DNA from: Methanobacteriota archaeon
GTDB lineage: Archaea; Thermoplasmatota; Poseidoniia; Poseidoniales; Poseidoniaceae
Direction: 5' to 3'
DNA length: 64,000 nucleotides
Assembly: GCA_002719815.1 (NCBI GenBank)
Contig: PBET01000024.1
Location: forward strand, 3,393 to 67,392
Shown: positions 47,352 through 56,263 of the stretch, piece after piece
How positions within the stretch are numbered: the stretch's first letter is position 1
How the letters are laid out: every line of letters begins with the position of its first letter
Translations under genes and position numbers: made by a program
Notes under the pieces: generated by a model
The model's database searches: none
The model's input: the letters and a program-made list of their open reading frames with translations, nothing else
Told to the model about the DNA's origin: nothing

Positions 47352-49454
47352 ATGCAGCGAATGATCGTCATGGTTCTTGCAACCATGCTTCTTGTTCCAT
47401 TCGCTGGATGTCTCGAACAAGATGGGGCAACAAGTGAGGCTGGAACGTTCTCCCTCAGTGTCGAATGGACAACAATACCGCTGGAATCAAAATCTGGATA
47501 TTATGAAGACGAACAGAGCATTTCATGGGACGTAGCATCCGAATCCATCAGTGATCAGATAGAAGATTCAGGTGGAATTGTTGTTGGCGTATTGATGAGT
47601 CTCGATTATCCAAACGAGGATGAATCTCCAAATCCTGGCTTCTGTACGGGGCTCGAGAATAACGTGCCAGACACTGTTTCTGGCACGGTGAGCAAAAACG
47701 AGTGGACGTTGACAGAGAGTGGTTCGAACCCAGGGTCTCACGTTGTGAATTTGACTTGGCATAATCAATCCCTTTTGGAAATGGAGACAATTTCTGGGAT
47801 GTCGAAGAGTGAGATTCTACAACAAATCGATTTTGGAATTGATGCGCTCGGTTCGTATAGTCTCACCATTCTTGTCGATGCTGAAGCCTACGACGGCGCA
47901 ACATGCTCTCACACAGATAACGGAGAAGATGTCACAAGCTCCATTTCTCTCCTTGTTGTGGATGTGCAGTTGGAGGGAGATGAGGATGCAAGTGTCCTCT
48001 CAGTTGGAGAAGGAGCGATTTCAATACTCCTTTTCTCTCCTTGGTTTATTGGAATGTTCCTCTTAGTTGGTTATCTCTTTTCAAAGAAAGAGCGATACCA
48101 TCTAACTGTTATTCTCGAAGAGGATGAAGCCATCGATGAATCTCGATCTTCGATCGAAGAAGGAAAGACATTGGTCGAAAGTTATCGGGCACGAGTGTTG
48201 ACCCTCTGTGCACTGTACGTCGCACAGGGAATTCCATGGGGATTCATTACCGTGACGTTCGTAACTTATCTGGCCGTTGAAGGCGTAGGAGCGGGCCAGC
48301 TTGCGTTCTTGCTTACACTCGGAACGCTTCCTTGGTCGGTTAAATTCCTCTGGGGGCCAATTATCGACCGTTATCAATTCCCAGAAATGGGCAAGCGAAG
48401 ACCTTGGATTTTGATCGCACAAACTGGAATGATCGTTGTTCTCAGTTCGATGTTGTTGATTCCAAATATGTCGTCGAATGTAACATTGGTTGGCATTATG
48501 TTCCTTGTCTACAACATCTTTACAGCGTTGCAAGACGTTAGTACGGATGCGCTTGCTGTCGATATTCTTGAACCGCACGAATTTGAAAAGGTCAACAGTT
48601 ACATGTTCACCTCAAAGGCTGTTGGGGGAATCATAGGTGGAGCCGGTTTGGGAACCATCATCGGATTTGTAGGCATCAAGGGTGCGATTGTTCTGCAAAT
48701 CCCGATCCTCGTTGCCATCATGCTCGTTCCTTTGTTCATGACCGAAAAGCCTGGAGAGAAGTTGTTTCCATGGAGTGAATCTTCTGAGAAGAAGGTTGAA
48801 CAACAAACGATTGAACAGAAGAATTTCAAAGAAATCTTTGAAAATATCAAGATTGCATTCTCATTCCGTTCAGCGCAACTCGGTATTTTGTTGAGTCTTA
48901 TCATTTCGCTCTCGTACTTCCTAATCCCCATTCTTCCACTTCTCTTTGTCCGCGAATTGGGATGGACTGAAGAACAATTCAATGCCACCAAAGGCGGTGT
49001 TATTCTTATCGTCACAATGCTGGGCTACATGGTTGGTGGCCAACTTGGTAAACAGTTCGGAGGCAAATCCATCATCATTGGTGCAGCATTTTCTACCGCG
49101 CTCATCACCATCGTTTGGGGAATGAATGAATCCTTATGGAGTAATGGAATCTTCATGATGACCGTTTGGAGTCTGCAAACATTTGTTTGGGCGATGGTTT
49201 CAATCAACATCTACTCGCTGATGATGCGAATCACATGGCCTGAAGTTGGTGGAACGCAGTTTACAGGCTACATGGCAATGATGAATCTTTCAGCGATCAT
49301 TGGCTATCAGTTGACTGCACCACTCGCAGCAAGGTTTGACTATTCAACACTGTTTTACATCGCAGCATTGCTCGAAACCGTTGTTGTTCTTGGTGCGATG
49401 TTTATTGATCCCGAAGAGACGAGACGTGCGATGGCAAAACGTAGGTCAGAATGA
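47352..49454 (+). CDS. MFS transporter of the AmpG/PAT-like type fused to a roughly 230-aa N-terminal extracytoplasmic lipoprotein-like domain
   Basis: A signal peptide with a lipobox-like sequence (LLVPFAGC) starts the protein. After the extracytoplasmic domain come about 12 TM helices, with LYVAQGIPWGF and LPWSVKFLWGPIIDRY motifs. Confidence 0.65.
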   Translation: MQRMIVMVLATMLLVPFAGCLEQDGATSEAGTFSLSVEWTTIPLESKSGYYEDEQSISWDVASESISDQIEDSGGIVVGVLMSLDYPNEDESPNPGFCTGLENNVPDTVSGTVSKNEWTLTESGSNPGSHVVNLTWHNQSLLEMETISGMSKSEILQQIDFGIDALGSYSLTILVDAEAYDGATCSHTDNGEDVTSSISLLVVDVQLEGDEDASVLSVGEGAISILLFSPWFIGMFLLVGYLFSKKERYHLTVILEEDEAIDESRSSIEEGKTLVESYRARVLTLCALYVAQGIPWGFITVTFVTYLAVEGVGAGQLAFLLTLGTLPWSVKFLWGPIIDRYQFPEMGKRRPWILIAQTGMIVVLSSMLLIPNMSSNVTLVGIMFLVYNIFTALQDVSTDALAVDILEPHEFEKVNSYMFTSKAVGGIIGGAGLGTIIGFVGIKGAIVLQIPILVAIMLVPLFMTEKPGEKLFPWSESSEKKVEQQTIEQKNFKEIFENIKIAFSFRSAQLGILLSLIISLSYFLIPILPLLFVRELGWTEEQFNATKGGVILIVTMLGYMVGGQLGKQFGGKSIIIGAAFSTALITIVWGMNESLWSNGIFMMTVWSLQTFVWAMVSINIYSLMMRITWPEVGGTQFTGYMAMMNLSAIIGYQLTAPLAARFDYSTLFYIAALLETVVVLGAMFIDPEETRRAMAKRRSE

Positions 49455-49500
49455 GGGTCTTACTTCTCGAATAATTGAAGGAAACCGAAGTCACTGAAGC

Positions 49501-49776
49501 CTAATTGTCATCCGAATCAAGACATCCATAGACACGGCGTCCAGCGCGATGGTCTTGCCACCATGTGAGTTTGTCTGCAAGATGTCTCGGAATGAAGAAA
49601 CCTACTTTACGTGGCGTTAGACCATGATTTCGCATGGTTCGATCATGAGATAGATTGGCCACAATCGATTGAGCTGAACAGCCCGGATTGGCTGTGACAA
49701 ATCGCATGATTTCTTCTTTCAGTCGTTCAAAGCGTGCTTTTTTCTGGGAACCCTTTCCCAATCTTCGGGGAGACAT
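49501..49776 (-). CDS. Small basic protein, possible winged-helix DNA-binding protein
   Basis: It is 91 aa and Lys/Arg-rich. The helix-turn-helix-like segment is IMRFVTANPGCSAQSIVANL. Confidence 0.3.
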   Translation of the reverse strand: MSPRRLGKGSQKKARFERLKEEIMRFVTANPGCSAQSIVANLSHDRTMRNHGLTPRKVGFFIPRHLADKLTWWQDHRAGRRVYGCLDSDDN

Positions 49777-49824
49777 AAACGCAAATGTTCACGTTTACAC
49801 TTATCAAACAAATGGGGGTTTTCC

Positions 49825-50232
49825 CTATTCCATTGTAACCGGTTGCGTGGTTTTCCAATTGGCCGTAGCAAGTTTCTTGGCCTTTCCATCAGCGATGATC
49901 GGAGCGATTTTATTGAGTCGGCCATGCATACCGTGAACTTGGAATTTAACTCGCAATTCAGCCGTCATGGATGCTTCGAGCGCCTGCATTTGTTCATCAT
50001 CCAATTCGATGCTTGCCAGTGCTTCTCCAGTCGTAATCGATGAAATTGTGAAGGTTTTATCCTTGCACGAAAGCGATGGTCTGAAGTCCATATCATCAGG
50101 ATGATTCATCCAAACAGAGATATCGAGCGAAAGGGTATCGCGAATGTTGACTCGACTGATTTCGACTGATTCAACCATGCGACTCAATCCTTCCAACCGT
50201 CGGCCATTCAAACCCTTTTCGTCCAATCTCAC
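49825..50232 (-). CDS. Hypothetical protein (135 aa)
   Basis: The GTG start overlaps the stop of the upstream PKD lipoprotein gene (GTGA at 50229-50232). I recognise no motif. Confidence 0.3.
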   Translation of the reverse strand: MRLDEKGLNGRRLEGLSRMVESVEISRVNIRDTLSLDISVWMNHPDDMDFRPSLSCKDKTFTISSITTGEALASIELDDEQMQALEASMTAELRVKFQVHGMHGRLNKIAPIIADGKAKKLATANWKTTQPVTME

Positions 50233-51404
50233 TCGAATGCAATTTCAGTAATGACTGGTTCATGAACAATAATTCGAATTGTTAGAGTCCAATCATTCCC
50301 TGGATCTGGATCTGGCAAAAACTCGACTGCTGGATCAGGATTGGTTTGCAATGCCTGCACAAACAGATTCCATGGATTTTGGCCAAAATCTTGGCCAGGG
50401 CGATTAAGAATCATCTGCAAAACCATGGCTTCTGAATCTGCTTCAATGATTTCATCAAGTCCCCTCGGGTTGAGTTCGTTTGCAGTAATCGTTGCCTTCG
50501 CATTCTCAGATTGTGTAATGTTTCCTCCCTCAGTTTCAGCTTCTTCTCTGAATCCATCACCTGGAACCTTAATCATAAGGGAGAAATTATCGTAGGGTTG
50601 AATGACATCGTTTTCCAACTCGAGGATTGCTTCAAACGAAAGGATACGCCCCTGTTGCCCAGGTAGGATTTCTTGTGTCCACTCTTCGCCTTCTGCAAGG
50701 TAATCTGACCATGAGAGGTCAATCGCCTTCTCTTTCCATTCAATGTTGAATTGGCGTGATGAAACGTTGATTTCAAACACTTCCGTAACGACGCCGCCTT
50801 GTCCATCATCGAGGGTCAGTGAACCAACGTAGAGGCCACTGCTGTTGGTTGGAAGCAACACTTGTGGCTCGGTTGAATCAATATCATTGCGTCCATCACC
50901 ATCACTGTCCGAATCAACACCCCAGTCCAAATCCCATTGATACATGAGGTCGCCAGATTCTGGGTCGACTGAACCAGATGCATCAAGGAGGACAGCATCT
51001 CCCGCTCTTGGATTTTCAGGATATTTCAGGTCAATCGTTGGGGCGCCATTGACGATGACAACAGCAAACGCTTCGTCAACACCTCCTTGATCGTTCTCGA
51101 CTTCAAGGGAAACGGTATAAGCGCCAAAGATGTTGTAGACATGGGATGTAAAGCCAGTGACGGTTTCTGAAGTCTCACCATCACCAAAATCCCAACGATA
51201 GGCGGTGATGATTCCTTCAATTGCATCGGATTCTCTTGCATCAAATGTGACCATTTCTCCTTCTTGAATCAAAAGAGGATAGGCTTCCAATGTTGCTCTT
51301 GGTTGCGTTGTTGAATCGAATGCCCCTAGACAACCTGTAAGTGAGAAGGTGAGCATCACGGTCACGAGAAACAAACCGCGAAAGCGTAATTGTTTCTCTT
51401 GCAT
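50229..51404 (-). CDS. PKD-domain-containing lipoprotein
   Basis: A signal with a lipobox-like sequence (SLTGC) starts the protein. There are two PKD-like modules (YRWDFGDGETSETVTGFTSHVYNIFGAYTVSLEVENDQGG and YQWDLDWG...). Confidence 0.7.
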   Translation of the reverse strand: MQEKQLRFRGLFLVTVMLTFSLTGCLGAFDSTTQPRATLEAYPLLIQEGEMVTFDARESDAIEGIITAYRWDFGDGETSETVTGFTSHVYNIFGAYTVSLEVENDQGGVDEAFAVVIVNGAPTIDLKYPENPRAGDAVLLDASGSVDPESGDLMYQWDLDWGVDSDSDGDGRNDIDSTEPQVLLPTNSSGLYVGSLTLDDGQGGVVTEVFEINVSSRQFNIEWKEKAIDLSWSDYLAEGEEWTQEILPGQQGRILSFEAILELENDVIQPYDNFSLMIKVPGDGFREEAETEGGNITQSENAKATITANELNPRGLDEIIEADSEAMVLQMILNRPGQDFGQNPWNLFVQALQTNPDPAVEFLPDPDPGNDWTLTIRIIVHEPVITEIAFE

Positions 51405-51476
51405 AGGTCCTGCTCAGTCTTGTCCTATATCTAACCATGTTGTTGTTCTGTACACATTTCTTCATTTTCTTGAACA

Positions 51477-51851
51477 TCATTCCTCATCCAAATCAAAGGA
51501 AACTTCAGTCGAAACATCACCGATGATTCCAGCATTCTCAAGGTGATTGCCAAGTTCTTCAATCGAGGTATGCTCAATCACGTTCCTTTCCGAGAAATCT
51601 TCCATTTCGTCATCATCAAGAACGTCATCGACGGACGCATCATGACGGTCATAATCGGGAGCTGGTTGAATCATTGTAGGTTCGAGTTCTTCGTCATCGT
51701 CTGCAAGGATGGATTCGATTGATGAGACATCTTCATCAACATCTCGCTCATACTGTTCCTGTAGAACTGAAAGCATTGGATCTTCCCCTATTTCTTCAGC
51801 GGAATCGAGTTCAGATTTTCTTTTTGAGAAAAAGCGTTTGAAGAAACCCAT
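51477..51851 (-). CDS. Highly acidic small protein with an N-terminal amphipathic basic helix
   Basis: The N-terminus MGFFKRFFSKRK is followed by about 110 aa of D/E-rich sequence. Confidence 0.4.
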   Translation of the reverse strand: MGFFKRFFSKRKSELDSAEEIGEDPMLSVLQEQYERDVDEDVSSIESILADDDEELEPTMIQPAPDYDRHDASVDDVLDDDEMEDFSERNVIEHTSIEELGNHLENAGIIGDVSTEVSFDLDEE

Positions 51852-51954
51852 AGTGAGTTGGTAGAGGGCGCTGACTTTAACCTAAGTGGAAGCAGGAATG
51901 TCAACAGCATGGTTCAAGCGATAGTTCTTCAATCATCCATGATTGGTTGTGAAT

Positions 51955-52770
51955 ATGGAACTTCTTGAAGGCGAACGGGTGCTCGCTTTCGACTTGGAAA
52001 CGACCGGTATTAGCACCTCAAGAGACCGTATTGTTCAGTTAGCGCTCATTGGCTCAGATGTTGATGGAGCTGAAATTTCATACGATCGATTGGTCAATCC
52101 ACGTCGACCGATTCCCTACGATTCGCAACGAATTCACGGTATTTCAGATGCAGACGTTCGAGGAGAGCCTGATTTTGCACAAATAGCTGACAAAGTATCA
52201 GAATTGATTGAAGGTTGCGTCCTTATCGGCCACAACGTTCGCCAATTCGACTTACCAATGCTAAGGAATGAATTTCTTCGTATTGGAGCGTTACCTCCAG
52301 AACCGAAGGCAGTACTCGATACGCTCGAGATGGTTCGTCGACTAAAATTACCCCGTCCGCATCGGTTGGGTGCACAATGCAATCGACATGGCATTTCGCT
52401 TGAAAATGCCCACACTGCATCTGCAGACGCTGCTGCATCATTGCTTCTACTTTGGAAATTGGGACTCGATCATCCAAGTTATTTTCGAAAATCACTGAAG
52501 GAAGTCGAACAGTGGTGTGCAACTGGTTCAACTGCAAAAGCCCAATCCGATCTTGGACCACAACTCGATGATTTGGAAGTCGTCGATTCGAACGGGATGG
52601 TACGCCGAGATGGAGAACATATGGTCCTCGCTGTAGGTCGCCATCGTGGACGTCATTTGGAAGAGTTGAATGATCTTGATCCTCGTTACTTGGACTGGTT
52701 GCTTTCACCGAATGGCATTGATGATTCTGAAGCCGTTGAGGCGATTAAGGCATACCTGAATCAGCAATAG
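51955..52770 (+). CDS. DEDDh 3'-5' exonuclease (DnaQ/epsilon-like) with a C-terminal DUF3820-like extension
   Basis: Exo I is AFDLETTG, Exo II is LIGHNVRQFDLPML and Exo III is HTASADAAAS. The C-terminal extension reads GRHRGRHLEELNDLDPRYLDWLL. I verified ATG at 51955. Confidence 0.8.
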   Translation: MELLEGERVLAFDLETTGISTSRDRIVQLALIGSDVDGAEISYDRLVNPRRPIPYDSQRIHGISDADVRGEPDFAQIADKVSELIEGCVLIGHNVRQFDLPMLRNEFLRIGALPPEPKAVLDTLEMVRRLKLPRPHRLGAQCNRHGISLENAHTASADAAASLLLLWKLGLDHPSYFRKSLKEVEQWCATGSTAKAQSDLGPQLDDLEVVDSNGMVRRDGEHMVLAVGRHRGRHLEELNDLDPRYLDWLLSPNGIDDSEAVEAIKAYLNQQ

Positions 52771-53899
52771 GCGACCATGGCAAAACATCGCACCATGAAC
52801 CTACGCGCCAGACGTCTCGACTCATCATTGCACTGCCGAGGAAAATTGGACCTTGATGCCCAGCATCGAGAAGTTCCTCGAAGACCACTTTCCCTCGTCC
52901 ATCAAAGGTAACGTTACGCATCTGTCCGGTTGGCTCAACGTTACCGCTCTCGGTTGCAGGAATGCATTCCTCTACTGTTGCTATCGATTTCCCTTCATCG
53001 TATTGATGCAAGACAACGACGCCATCTGCGAAGTCACCCTTGTGGAGCGATTTATTTTGATGCCGCCAATTCCACCAGTGCGGACACCATGCTTTCCAAT
53101 CACAAAATCCGCCACAGGAGGCTTGTCCTGGCGTAGGTGGAAGAGGTGTCTCCGAAGGTTGCGTTGCTTTCCATGCTTCATAGGCTGCTTCGAGCACATT
53201 CTCTCCAATCGCATCCCACTTGGAGGATGTATCAGTGTACCATCCTTGAGCTTGCACAGGTGGAGCCTTTTCATTATTGGAAAGAAGAATATCACGATAC
53301 ATTCGCAGTTGTCGGTTGACTTCTGGTTTGAGTTTCCCTTGTGGAGGTTTTCCAGTCTTCAAATCTGCAACCAGCCAACCTTTGAGGTTGCCATCATCGC
53401 CAACGTCTGCAAGGAGAAGATCTAACCGGCCCATCAAATGACCATCTTTTGTCACCAATTCTCCTTCAACTGCAATCACAAGCGATTGTATCTTTTTCCA
53501 CAATGCGATGGTTATTCGTTCATGTGCAAGACCTTGAACACCAACATGATCCAGTAGCATGTTAATGGCACCTTTCTGCTGTTTTTGGGCCTCCTTGTAC
53601 TTCTCTTCCTTCCAGTTTGGATGACGTGGCGTTTCATGGAACAATCGTTTTTCTTCTTCCCAACGATTTCGCAACAATTGATCCGCTTTCTCAAACATCC
53701 AATTCGACTCAGCCGGCTCTCGCTGTGAGAGATCAATTTGCAACAAATCCTCAATTGATGCGTGGACGGCCGTCCCCAAGGAAGCGGCCATACCAGTCTT
53801 TTTTGGCAAACCTTGTCGACTCAGCCAATACATACGTGGGCACGTCTCATAACGATTCCACGCTGAAGGCGACAAACTGTGCTTCCGCTCTTCGACCAT
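52745..53899 (-). CDS. Cas4/RecB-like PD-(D/E)XK nuclease with Cys4 signature plus an extra C-terminal roughly 100-aa domain
   Basis: The first Cys lies in ETCPRMYWL. The nuclease motifs are GRLDLLL, VADLKTGK and RQLRMYRDIL. The remaining Cys lie in CGGFCDWKAWC. ATG 53899 is preferred, because the track GTG start at 53977 would lie 2 nt from the divergent PAC2 gene. Confidence 0.6.
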   Translation of the reverse strand: MVEERKHSLSPSAWNRYETCPRMYWLSRQGLPKKTGMAASLGTAVHASIEDLLQIDLSQREPAESNWMFEKADQLLRNRWEEEKRLFHETPRHPNWKEEKYKEAQKQQKGAINMLLDHVGVQGLAHERITIALWKKIQSLVIAVEGELVTKDGHLMGRLDLLLADVGDDGNLKGWLVADLKTGKPPQGKLKPEVNRQLRMYRDILLSNNEKAPPVQAQGWYTDTSSKWDAIGENVLEAAYEAWKATQPSETPLPPTPGQASCGGFCDWKAWCPHWWNWRHQNKSLHKGDFADGVVVLHQYDEGKSIATVEECIPATESGNVEPTGQMRNVTFDGRGKVVFEELLDAGHQGPIFLGSAMMSRDVWRVGSWCDVLPWSPIADSGMP

Positions 53900-53979
53900 G
53901 AACGAGGGCTGGCCTTGAAGAACATGAAACCTACGCTTGAAGCCGAAAGTGTTGAATGCCTCCTTGTTGAGTTTCACCT

Positions 53980-54777
53980 ATGGAAGGAACTCTCGTCAAG
54001 ATTCGAGCGGACGTCATCACCGAGGAAGCACTTGTCATCACCTGTTTTCCAAGCGTTGGAATGGTCTCAAGTATCGTAGGGCATTATTTGATTGATAATT
54101 TGGATCTCGAATTTGTTGGTGGCGTTGTCGACCCTCGACTTCCTCCACTGACCCTCGTTACCGATGGCAAACCAATGCCGATTATTCGAGCCTATGCGGG
54201 TAAGCCAGAATGTAGCATTGAGGGATGTGACAAAATTATTCTTCTCATGAGTGAACTCGTTATTCCAAGTCCGCTGGTCCATGATATCGTTTGGGCACTT
54301 TACGATTGGTCAAAAGGTTCCAAAATTCGCATGGGTATTTTGATTGATGCTTTCTCAAAGGAAGGTTTGGGAGGCAATTCAGGTATTGAAGAACCAACCA
54401 TCGAATACGACGATACAGAAGGAATCGATATGGTCGGAATCGGTGCAACCGATAACGTCTGTGAAATGCTCAAAGGATTGGATGTTCCTTTGCTTTCAAG
54501 TGGCGTCATCCGTGGTGTCAACGGCGTATTGTTGAGTGAGGCGCGACGAAGAGCAATCGATGTTCTTAGCGTCATGGTTGAAGCCGATCCTCGTTTCCCT
54601 GATGCGCGTGCTGCGGCTGAATTGGTTAAGAAACTCAACGCCATTCTTCCTACGATACATCTCGATGATCAACCATTGCTTGAAGAAGCGCAACTTCTCG
54701 AGGAGCAATTGAAATCATTGCTTAGCCAAGCCGCACCTTCGGAAGCGCCTTCACCATCATCGATGCTGTACGGTTGA
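53980..54777 (+). CDS. PAC2-family proteasome assembly chaperone homologue with a C-terminal HbYX-type motif
   Basis: The N-terminus VITCFPSVGMVSSIVGHYLIDNL is PAC2-like. The extreme C-terminus ...SSMLYG is hydrophobic-Tyr-X, as in 20S alpha-ring docking tails. Confidence 0.65.
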   Translation: MEGTLVKIRADVITEEALVITCFPSVGMVSSIVGHYLIDNLDLEFVGGVVDPRLPPLTLVTDGKPMPIIRAYAGKPECSIEGCDKIILLMSELVIPSPLVHDIVWALYDWSKGSKIRMGILIDAFSKEGLGGNSGIEEPTIEYDDTEGIDMVGIGATDNVCEMLKGLDVPLLSSGVIRGVNGVLLSEARRRAIDVLSVMVEADPRFPDARAAAELVKKLNAILPTIHLDDQPLLEEAQLLEEQLKSLLSQAAPSEAPSPSSMLYG

Positions 54778-55308
54778 AGATTGGCGCATCAACAAAGCCG
54801 CGAGAATCAGAGCAATCACAACGATGCTCAACCACGATGGGAGCAGGAGTGTATTCTCCTTCACAAATGGTAAGAATTCTGTCAAAGAGTCTGCCCTCGT
54901 ATAGGTTCCTCCAAGCGAAGCCGTGAGGAGCATGCATGCTGTTGAGAGGGAGCCAAACGCATTGTGAAGGTGATGGGGACGATCATCTTCATGCATCTTC
55001 CAACGCGTATACAAAACGCCGAGAGCGAGCCCCCCGCCCGCCGTTGAGAGAAGCATTTTGTTGGCAAGCAAGGGCGATGTGTGGGCTCCACTGGGCGATG
55101 ATTCGATTCCTGAAAGAATCGCAAATGGAAGTGAGAGGAGTCCAAACAACAACGCAACGTGTGCAGTTGTGTCCATCATTGGCATGAATTTGCTTTCTTT
55201 GTTAAGGAAAAGGAAGACAGAATGCAAGAAGAAACAGAGACCGGCAAGCGCAAAGGATCCAACAACGAGTTCCGTTGTCATAACGTGAAACGTAGCCGAT
55301 TCAATCAT
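54757..55308 (-). CDS. 5-TM membrane protein with conserved-looking His residues at helix boundaries
   Basis: Hydrophobic helices carry His residues in FFLHSVF, TTAHVALLF and RPHHLHNAF. An ATGA overlap links it to the upstream gene (55305-55308). Confidence 0.4.
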   Translation of the reverse strand: MIESATFHVMTTELVVGSFALAGLCFFLHSVFLFLNKESKFMPMMDTTAHVALLFGLLSLPFAILSGIESSPSGAHTSPLLANKMLLSTAGGGLALGVLYTRWKMHEDDRPHHLHNAFGSLSTACMLLTASLGGTYTRADSLTEFLPFVKENTLLLPSWLSIVVIALILAALLMRQSSTVQHR

Positions 55309-56261
55309 ATGCTCTCCTCCACATATTCCTTGAATTCATCATGCTTTCTCCTCGATGGTTGAAGCAAGAGAACCAATCCGAAGAAGAATGCAAGATGTGC
55401 AATTGATTGAAGCTGTAATGCCGTTTCGTCCGCTTCCCAACTTGGTTTAACACTCACTAAAGAGAACCAAGGTGTCGTTTGCTGAGGCCCTTCACCTTCA
55501 AGCACAGCCCGCCATTCAATGGTCGATTCTGTCAATGCTTCAGGCAATTCAGCCTTCCAGCACTGATCCTTTTGCGTTGTTTCAAGTTGATAGGTTTGAC
55601 CAGAAGGTTCTCGCCATTCGAGAACAACATTGCTTGCAGCAATTGTTTCAAGACAGATGTTGGTCGATTCACCAACGTCTCTCGAACGTGGTGGTTCGTA
55701 ATCTGGATCAATGCGTTGAAGATTCTCGGGTATTGGTTCAACGGTTATCGAAAAGGCCTGAGATACGCCAAAGAATGGGCTACCTGCATCGGTTCCTGAA
55801 TTATCTCCATGATGTACTGAAACGTAGAGATTTTTTTCACCAATTTCATCCGAACGGAGAATCCATGAGTGGGATAGAACCCCTGAATCGACGGATGAAT
55901 ATTCGATGTAATTGTTTGAACCCCCCATCCCATCGGAGAGTATACTCCAGCCGTCAGTGGTTGGGATGTCTCCATTTGCATTTGTGGATGAAAGAAGGAA
56001 GATGCCAATTTGGTCAATAGCATGCGATGATTGGAGGCCGGAGATTTGGACTGTTATTTCAGCTGGTTGACCAACCCAAACCGTTCCTGACGGTTGAAGG
56101 CTGAGTTGAAGATTGGAGGTTGCATTTTGGTTCGCATCACCATGGCAAGCACCACCGCATTGCATATTTTCCAAACTATTGCCAACACCTCCAGGATTAC
56201 CACTTACGTGAAGCGGAACAAGTAGCGAGAGCACGATAAGTAGAACCAGTTTTCGTTTCAT
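55305..56261 (-). CDS. Secreted, C-terminally anchored protein with an N-terminal CGGACHG motif
   Basis: The signal peptide is LVLLIVLSLLVPLHVSG. The motif MQCGGACHGDANQ is followed by beta-rich sequence. The C-terminal TM segment is HLAFFFGLVLLL. ATG 56261 is preferred. Confidence 0.5.
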   Translation of the reverse strand: MKRKLVLLIVLSLLVPLHVSGNPGGVGNSLENMQCGGACHGDANQNATSNLQLSLQPSGTVWVGQPAEITVQISGLQSSHAIDQIGIFLLSSTNANGDIPTTDGWSILSDGMGGSNNYIEYSSVDSGVLSHSWILRSDEIGEKNLYVSVHHGDNSGTDAGSPFFGVSQAFSITVEPIPENLQRIDPDYEPPRSRDVGESTNICLETIAASNVVLEWREPSGQTYQLETTQKDQCWKAELPEALTESTIEWRAVLEGEGPQQTTPWFSLVSVKPSWEADETALQLQSIAHLAFFFGLVLLLQPSRRKHDEFKEYVEESI

Positions 56262-56263
56262 AA

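Noticed and set aside
47721-47730. GGTTCGAACC, a T-loop-like palindrome suggesting a tRNA.
   Set aside because: The flanks do not form a T stem or an acceptor stem. The site is inside the MFS N-terminal domain CDS (ESGSNPGSH).
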